NCBI GenBank assembly: GCA_002269645.1
Contig: NIVC01004594.1
Coordinates: forward strand, 1 to 41,045
Direction of reading: 5' to 3'
Length of the DNA: 41,045 bases
From: Macrostomum lignano
Lineage: Eukaryota
Of the stretch, positions 34,315 through 41,045 are shown one piece after another (within the stretch, counting starts at the first letter, position 1; every line of letters begins with the position of its first letter). The notes under the pieces were generated by a model. It saw only the letters and a program-made list of their open reading frames with translations, ran no database searches and was not told the origin of the DNA. Both the position numbers and the translations under genes were made by a program.

Positions 34315-34982
34315 CCGGGTCGTGCAAAAAATGTAATGTGAAGCAGTTTTATCATGGAATGCAAGTATCTTTTTATTCATTCAGCTTATAACTTTCTAAA
34401 ACAACGCTAATATAACCTAATGTCTAACGAATGTGTTCAATCAATCAATCAATCAGTTCAGGAGTGCTCTCGCTCGCTCAAAGTCGTGTATCCCCCTGAG
34501 TTTGAGATAGAAGTGAAGTGGCTGCTCACATCGTCGCAGAGAAACTCCACCAGCTCTTTTTACTGCTCATGATATTGTTGACCGAATGACGCTGTTCTGC
34601 TTGGCCACGCTGCTTTTGGAGGCAGTCGGATTGTCGTCAAATTGCTCCTTGACAGCATTCAGTTCAAGTTTTGCTCGCTGACCAGATCCTACACGCCTCT
34701 AAGCTTTCTCCATCAGAAATCAGCTTTTTCACTCTCCAGACAGTCACAGTTAAACATCCAACAAGCTTGGAGATTTCTTCATTATTCTTTCTGGCGCAAA
34801 CTAAGAGTTCAATCTGTTATCTTTTCTCAGACATTTCACACAGCTGGAAGTGAATTGAGTCAAGAGTGGTATCAGCTGAGAGCTTATATAGCATTCTTTC
34901 AGGCGACGTCAGATTCAAATAGATCTGAGAAACACCCTTCATAATAACAAACATTTTCAAACATTACATTTTTGCACGACAA
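34315..34982 (-). mobile_element. Internally deleted Tc1/mariner (maT/DD37D-like) element
   Basis: TIRs GTCGTGCAAAAAATGTAATGT (34319-34339) and ACATTACATTTTTGCACGAC (34961-34980), TA at the flanks, enclosing a transposase N-terminal remnant. Confidence 0.75.
34454..34834 (-). pseudogene. Tc1/mariner transposase HTH remnant
   Basis: MSEKR*QIELLV...EISKLVGC.TVTVWRVKK...(frameshift)SGQRAKL...PTASKSSVAKQNSV.RSTIS*AVKRAGG.SLRR...FERARALLN*. No DDD domain. Confidence 0.75.
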
Positions 34983-35660
34983 TACCTTAATACCTTTTTA
35001 CGGCAAAACCTTTTTTGCACTGAACTGAAATAAACAAGTAATCAATCCACATTATGCATATTAACTAGCTATTTCATATCGTGTCTGCTGCTGCTAACAG
35101 TTAATCATAATTTTTCAGATGTATAATATTGTAGTCTTCATCCTTTTTTCTGTTGTATACACCTTAACTAATCGAACTTGCAACTATTGTACTGGTATCT
35201 ACCAGGCATTTTATTAATGTTTTTCATTGGTGTAAGTTTTCGATTCGCCTATTGTCTTACATGTATTAGTAGGGCAGCTGCTGGACATATCGTCGGAATT
35301 TAGTAGAATTGGGCACTTGCAGTTAATGCTAACTCAATTCAATAATGTTTTTATTTATATTTATAACATTGTCATAATTTATGCTAACACAGTGCTAATG
35401 AAAATATCTAATATAATTCAATCTTGCTGCTTGCTCTCAGCTGCATCACTTTCACCTGTTGCATGTTGCGAAGTGGAATAAAAATGATTCAAATCGGCTT
35501 ACGGCATTTGCTACTTTCATTTCTGTATTTCATTTTGACTACAATCGCACATTAAGGCTCAACCGGTCTTAACTTAAATCTGTAATACGGTAAGGGCACA
35601 ATTAAATATTTCTTGTCTTCCTTAACTACATGTAACTAACGCTTTGACTTGGGGAGAGGT

Positions 35661-35830
35661 ACTGAAATGTCAAGGCTTTAGGGTTTGGTTTAGGGTTACG
35701 GTTACAGTTAGGGTTGGGTATTGGTGAGATCTATAGACTGACGGGAGATTTGCTGAGATGTCAAGGCTTACTGGGGGAATAGCTGAGAAGTCAAGGCTTA
35801 CGGGGGAATAGCTGAGATGTCAAGGCTTAC
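35661..35830 (+). repeat. Degenerate TTAGGG-like stretch plus 30-bp minisatellite
   Basis: TTAGGGTTTGGTTTAGGGTTACGGTTACAGTTAGGGTTGGG (35678-35718). GCTGAGATGTCAAGGCTTAC units at 35752, 35782, 35811 and a partial one at 35661. Confidence 0.8.
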
Positions 35831-37898
35831 AAAGTGAATTGCTGGGGTCTGCTACATGTAGTTTATTCAAAAATTTGTATTCAATTTTTTGTTCGCTCCC
35901 CAACGGGGGCACTGATTGCTAGTCCCGAACTAAATAACATTGCGAATTCATTCTCATTTTTGTGACTACCAGTCTTGTATTTTACATGCTTTTTCGTGGC
36001 TTTGTACATCAGCCGATGGTACATGTATTATGGTATTAAGGTAGATTTTAATTAAATGCGTTGTGAACTAGCCTTTAGCATTAGCTCAGGGACAAATAAA
36101 ACTACCGGGACGCGAAACAAGCCAAATCATGGTGAAAAAAGTTGGGGGCTCGTTTGAAAGCAGTGTTCTATGGCCGTTTCAACTACAACTCTTCAGTCTA
36201 GTTTAAGTTGTCCCTGCCTTTAGCTATAGCTACAGTACATTAAAAATGGTCGCATTTTAAAGTACGTTCAAGCATGCTGAATTTGAAAAGTTAACGTCTC
36301 ACTTCTACTTCAAAGTAGTGTTGAGAATATTGTATATCGCAGGCTTCGGTGGATTTTACCAGGGTCGAACCGCTTTTGCGATGCGATTTTTGAGTCAACC
36401 TTGCAGTGCTGCTGCTCTCCAACTTGCAGTACGCCACTATTGCATTGTTCCACTACTTCTACTGCCGTCGCTGAGAACCATTGTGTTTGGCTCGGCGAGC
36501 TTCAGAAATGACTCCGTGATGGCTCCAAATTTGAGGCACGTGCTGAATTTTTCTTTCTCGTTTTTGGAATGTCAGCCACTCACCGGGCTGGAAAATCTCA
36601 AAGGAATCCTTCGCCTCGAGTTGAAGTACCCAAGAGACCTGAATTTACAACTGCGCGCAGGAACAAAAGAGTGGATCGGCTAAGCAGAGCTTTTTCCTTC
36701 AGACGAACTCTAATTATAGCCTTCTCGGGTTTTCACTATTGTGCAGTATAGAATTGGAAATTAAATGTTTGGTACTGAAATGAATGAATTTCCAATCCTT
36801 TACAAAAAGGAATGATTAGTTAAATATATTTCAAATATACATTGTATGCTGCGAAAATTGAACTTGCTCGATAAAGCCTACTTACGGTACAACTCTTATA
36901 GGAGACTGCAGATACGGGGATCCATGAATCCTAGAGCAATTCGGAGAAATCGATCAATTTTGGTGTTAATTTTAACAAAAAGTAAGGACTTTTGTCATTT
37001 CAGAGCCCACAGAATTAGTTTGTGTTACGCAAACATGTATGTCCATGAGAGGACTGGTTTGATCTACTTGACAGCACCGTGTAAATAAATTTGATTTTAT
37101 CGGCCTTGAATTAATAATTGATTGACATCTTTCTTAGAAATAACACTTAAAATAAAGAAAAAGAAGCCGTGAAGTGTACTGGTCCTTACAAATACGACAA
37201 AGACATAAATTCCTTTTAAGTAGGCTTAAAATGTACTAGACTACTACCATGTATTAAAAATTTTCTAGAATGTAATTAAGGCCTAGGCCAAGTCATTTTT
37301 TCCTACTTGTTTACAAATTGCTATAGACCCTACTAAGATGTTACATCAGCTGAATCCTCAGCTTAATATGAGCTTCAAAATGAAGAAAGATGCCCTTTTT
37401 GATCTTGAATCAAAGATTAAAGGTAGGTGAATTAAGTATAGGTAGATGTTCTTAAGTGTGTATTTAAAGCATTGATAGATATTTCTATCATGCCTTTGTC
37501 TAGTTGTGACTTTGTAGGTTATATTTTCTATTTTTGCCTAAAGATAGTTAGGTCAAACTTTTAGGCCTATTGTACTTAACTCTTAAGACCTAGTTAAATT
37601 ATTTTACTTCAACTATGTGGACTTATCCCATTTATCCATAGCTAATATATTTGTTTAGCTTTATTGTTAATTGCCATGTAGATCATTAGATCATAGGCCT
37701 ATGGCTATATATAGCATGCTATATAAACTAAAAAGTTTAAAATTCTTATACAGTTAAATGTATTATACTATGAATATAAAATGACAATGTATTGGTTTCC
37801 TGACAGATATTCAGACAAACATTCAGAAATCGTTTAGTAAATGTTTAACAAAATTGTCTATTTAGTATCCTAAAAAATGTAAATTTTTTACTTTTAAC

Positions 37899-38430
37899 CA
37901 TGTCTCTGCTTTAAAACAGACACTTCAGACACACTCAAAGACACTTCACAAGCTGAGATATTCCCTAGCAATGGTTGTTATGATGTTTCCCAATATACCA
38001 AATACTGTATTTGGTTGTTTTTTGAGGAGCCACTACATTGTCACACTTTGCTTTATGCTTTATTTGCTTTTTGCAAATTGCACAGCTGCTTTATGCATGT
38101 CTCTACTTTGAAAATACACAAAAGACATATACAAAGACATTTCACAAGCTAAGATATTCCTTAGCAATGGTTGTTACGACATTTCCCAATTTACCAAATA
38201 TCATATATAGTTGGTAGGCCTACTGCTAATTTTAAAGCGAGCTATATTACCACATATAGTTGGTTTTGAGAAGCCGCTACATTGTCACACTTTGCTCTTT
38301 CGAAATGAAAATTGCACAGCTGCTTTATGCATGTCTCTACTTTAAAAAGACATATCAGACACATACAAAGATGCTTCACAAGTTGACATATTCTTTAGCA
38401 ACGGTTATTACGATGTTTTCTAAATATTTA
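37899..38430. repeat. Diverged tandem repeat, about 2.4 copies of 197-234 bp
   Basis: CATGTCTCT(G/A)CTTT at 37899, 38096 and 38330, each followed by TTCACAAG..GA.ATATTC.TTAGCAA.GGTT.TTA.GA; CTACATTGTCACACTTTGCT occurs twice. Confidence 0.85.
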
Positions 38431-38472
38431 GTACACCAAAAGCTTTTTTATTAATGTTTTTATTTTTTAATG

Positions 38473-39104
38473 ACAAGCTGTTGAAACCCGCGGATTTTGA
38501 ACCCGGGGAATTCCAATCCCCGGAACTATTTTTGCATGTATTCTGAAATCTAAAGCCATCTAACACAAACAAATTGATGTTAGTAGGATAGAGGTAGACA
38601 TAAAATGGAGCACATTTGTGTAAAATTAGGGTTTGAGGCAAACGTTGATATTGTTTGCTGGGGTACTCCACAGAATGCCAGGCAATGTCTGTCTGACTCT
38701 AAAACATGTATTGGCAAACTCTGGCCTCTCCCTGACTCTCCCTATGTCCCTTGGATCCTTTAAAATTTCTATTGTCTCTCTGTTTCCTTTATTCTCTCTC
38801 TTCCCTCGTCTCTCATCTCTCCTCTCTCTTCTCTCCTCTCTTCTCTCGTATCTTCCCTCATCTCTCTTATCTCATCTCTTCCCTATTCTTTTCTCTCTCC
38901 TCTCCTCTCTCCTTTCTACTTTTCGTTTTCTCTCTGCTCTCCTCTCTCCTCTCTACTCTCTCGTTTTCTCTCTCCTCTCTACTCTCTCGTTTTCTCTCTC
39001 CTCTCCTCTCTCCTCTATCCCATCTTTTTCGTATATTCCCTCATCTTTCTTCTCTTTCATATCTCTTATCTCATCTCTTCCCTCTTCTTTTCTCTCTCCT
39101 CTCC

Positions 39105-39178
<74 letters not shown>

Positions 39179-40520
39179 CTCTCTCTCTCCCATCTCTCTT
39201 CTCCTCTCTACTCTCTCCCCTCTTCATTCTCCTACTTCCTCTTCTCTCTCCCTGTCTCTCCTCTCTCCTCTAGTCTCTGTAATCTCTTCTCTCTTATCTC
39301 TCCTCTGTTCTCTCTACTCTCCCATCTCTCGCTGTTCATCTGCTCTCTCATCTGTCATCTTTACTCTCTTATACGTTCTCTCACTTATCTCCTCTGTACT
39401 CTTCTCTTTCACCTCTTCTGACTCCTCTCTTTCCTTACTCCTTCTTTTCTCTTCCCTCTTCTATACTCTCTCTCCTCTATTATCTTCTCTCGTCTCTCTG
39501 CACTCTCCTCTCACCTTTTTCATCTCTCATCTCTTCTTTCATCTGTCTCATCTTTACAATCTCATCTCTTTCCTCTCTCCTCCTCTTCCCTTTACTCTCT
39601 CATCTCTCTTTTCTCCCCTCTTCTTTCACCACTCTCTTATCTCTATCTCTTCTCTTCTCACTCCCCTCTCCCCCCTCTTATCTTCTCTCTTCTTTATCCT
39701 TTCTACTCTCTCCTCTCTAATCTTTCCTCTCCTCTTGACCCTCTGTCATCTTCTTTCTGCTCTCTCATCTCTACTCTCTTCTCAATCTTCTCTACTCTCC
39801 TCTCTCATCAATCCTCTGTCTTATCTCTCCCCTCTTCTCACCTTTATTTCTTTCCTCTCCTTTCTTTCTCCCCTCCTCTTGCTTCTTCCTCTCTTCTTCT
39901 CTGCTCTCTCCTCACCACTTTTCCCTTTCACTCTCATCTGGCCTGCAGCCATGAGCTGGATTCTTTATCTGGCCTTTGAGATAAAAATCTGCCAATCCCT
40001 GCTTTGAAAGTACTATCATGGGACGTAGTACTATCATGGTTGTTATCATTTCTCATGCTTTCATCACGTTATCTTTCTGGCCAATTAGCAGCCCTGAGAG
40101 GAATTTGTGTATCTCTATTCCCTAGCAGCTCCACCACCACAGTCTGCAGCAGTCTAACAACCAAGGAAATACGCATTTCTTAGGAGGCCATTTAAATTTT
40201 AAAGTTACCTTATGCAAATCTTAATGTTAAAATTTTTCATGGTGTAACTAATTTAGTAGGATTGCATTGTAATCAGTTATTCATTAATTTTTCGCTATTT
40301 TTATAAACTATCCCACATCGCCTTGATTTGCCATCCTTGTTTAACTGCTGCAACTTGTCTATACAGAGGACAGTAGTTTGAATCTCTCGCTAAACTCTCT
40401 CCTCTCCACGCCTCTCCACTCGCGGGGGTACGAAGAAGGCTATTAAAAAGTTATTCCAAAACACTGTACATTCACTATGTACATTGAGCCCTATCGCCTG
40501 ATCCTTTGTCTGGGGGAATG
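38473..40520 (+). repeat. Composite CT-cored repeat, longest copy
   Basis: Head 38473-38772, CT core 38772-39940, and tail modules 39939-39975 and 40400-40520, homologous to 14350-15370 and 17000-17370. Confidence 0.8.
39111..39175 (+). repeat. Perfect (CT)32 microsatellite
   Basis: Uninterrupted CT dinucleotide run. Confidence 0.95.
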
Positions 40521-40636
40521 AGTTGGATGAGCGGCAAACAACAGAAAAAGCAGACAAACTTCACATGCTTACAGTTTCTGTCCTGATTGAGATACAGAGT
40601 TGAGACTTTACATGTAGGCAGAGATGAGTCAATAAA

Positions 40637-40940
40637 GAATTGTGTCAAATTTGAAGTCAGAATTGTGTCAAATTTGAAGTCAATCGCTTCACGTGGAGCA
40701 AAACTATGGCAGCCGAAAGTTAGTCATTTTAAAACCTATTCACACCCTTTGCCCAGATTGGGAAAGAGAGGCAGGCAGGCGGAGGTTGGGGTGGCTGCCT
40801 CGCTGAAAAAAACAGCCTAACTTTAAAAGTGCACAGCGGCTTTCAGGATTCACTTTGAGATTTGAAATTTTACACAATTGTGTCAAAATAGTTGAAAATT
40901 GTCTGTGTCAAATTTGAAGAGAATCGGTAGAAGTGGAGCA
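40637..40940. repeat. 23-bp tandem duplication and recurring TGTGTCAAATTTGAAG motif (probable MITE interior)
   Basis: GAATTGTGTCAAATTTGAAGTCA at 40637 and 40660; the motif recurs at about 40904-40919. Termini not identified. Confidence 0.5.
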
Positions 40941-41045
40941 GCGCATATAGAGGATTAAGTGAAAAAATCGCGCATTTTGAGCAGTTTTTTGTACTTTTAG
41001 GCAGAAGACTTGAGTCTAGGCAATTTAAAGGTAGCCTAAGACATT

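Noticed and set aside
36345-36510. ILPGSNRFC motif resembling the ZDHHC9/14 N-terminus
   Set aside because: The frame hits a stop after about 55 codons with no transmembrane or DHHC continuation; treated as chance.
14849-39177. Short Arg/Glu-rich minus-strand ORFs (14849-15061, 21848-22093, 23150-23383, 38953-39177)
   Set aside because: Antisense translation of the same CT tracts.
38633-40007. Long ORFs of 262 and 418 aa rich in Leu/Ser/Phe/Pro (also 14890-15419, 21145-21613, 22629-23429)
   Set aside because: A C/T-only strand cannot form stop codons, so these are open by composition. They overlap in several frames and show no domain.
1-41045. tRNA, rRNA or snoRNA genes
   Set aside because: No intact cloverleaf, rRNA signature or convincing box C/D pair was seen by eye; a covariance-model search was not possible.

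Overview
AT-rich animal (probably invertebrate) genomic DNA with three spliceosomal host genes among many transposons. Minus strand: a complete 3-exon APRT gene (6167-8295) and a 4-exon PAN2-like gene (10143-13096). The PAN2-like gene encodes only the WD40 domain and linker, then stops; no intact UCH or exonuclease exons were found in the window. Plus strand: an SS18/SSXT-family gene with an intronless CDS (32390-33304). Mobile elements: a full-length but frameshifted Ingi-like LINE (181-4699) with an 11-bp TSD, a 2A StopGo peptide, two PHD fingers, EN, RT and RNase H; a 6.35-kb Mutator/MULE element (20790-27136) with 42-bp TIRs, an 8-bp TSD and an uninterrupted PHD-FLYWCH-DDE transposase ORF; two hAT-type MITE families; an internally deleted Tc1/mariner; and several palindromic elements. 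A composite repeat family with alignable CT-rich cores occurs in several co-oriented copies. The long Leu/Ser/Phe-rich ORFs in the track are artefacts of these CT tracts. All protein and family assignments come from manual reading and recalled motifs; no database search was run.
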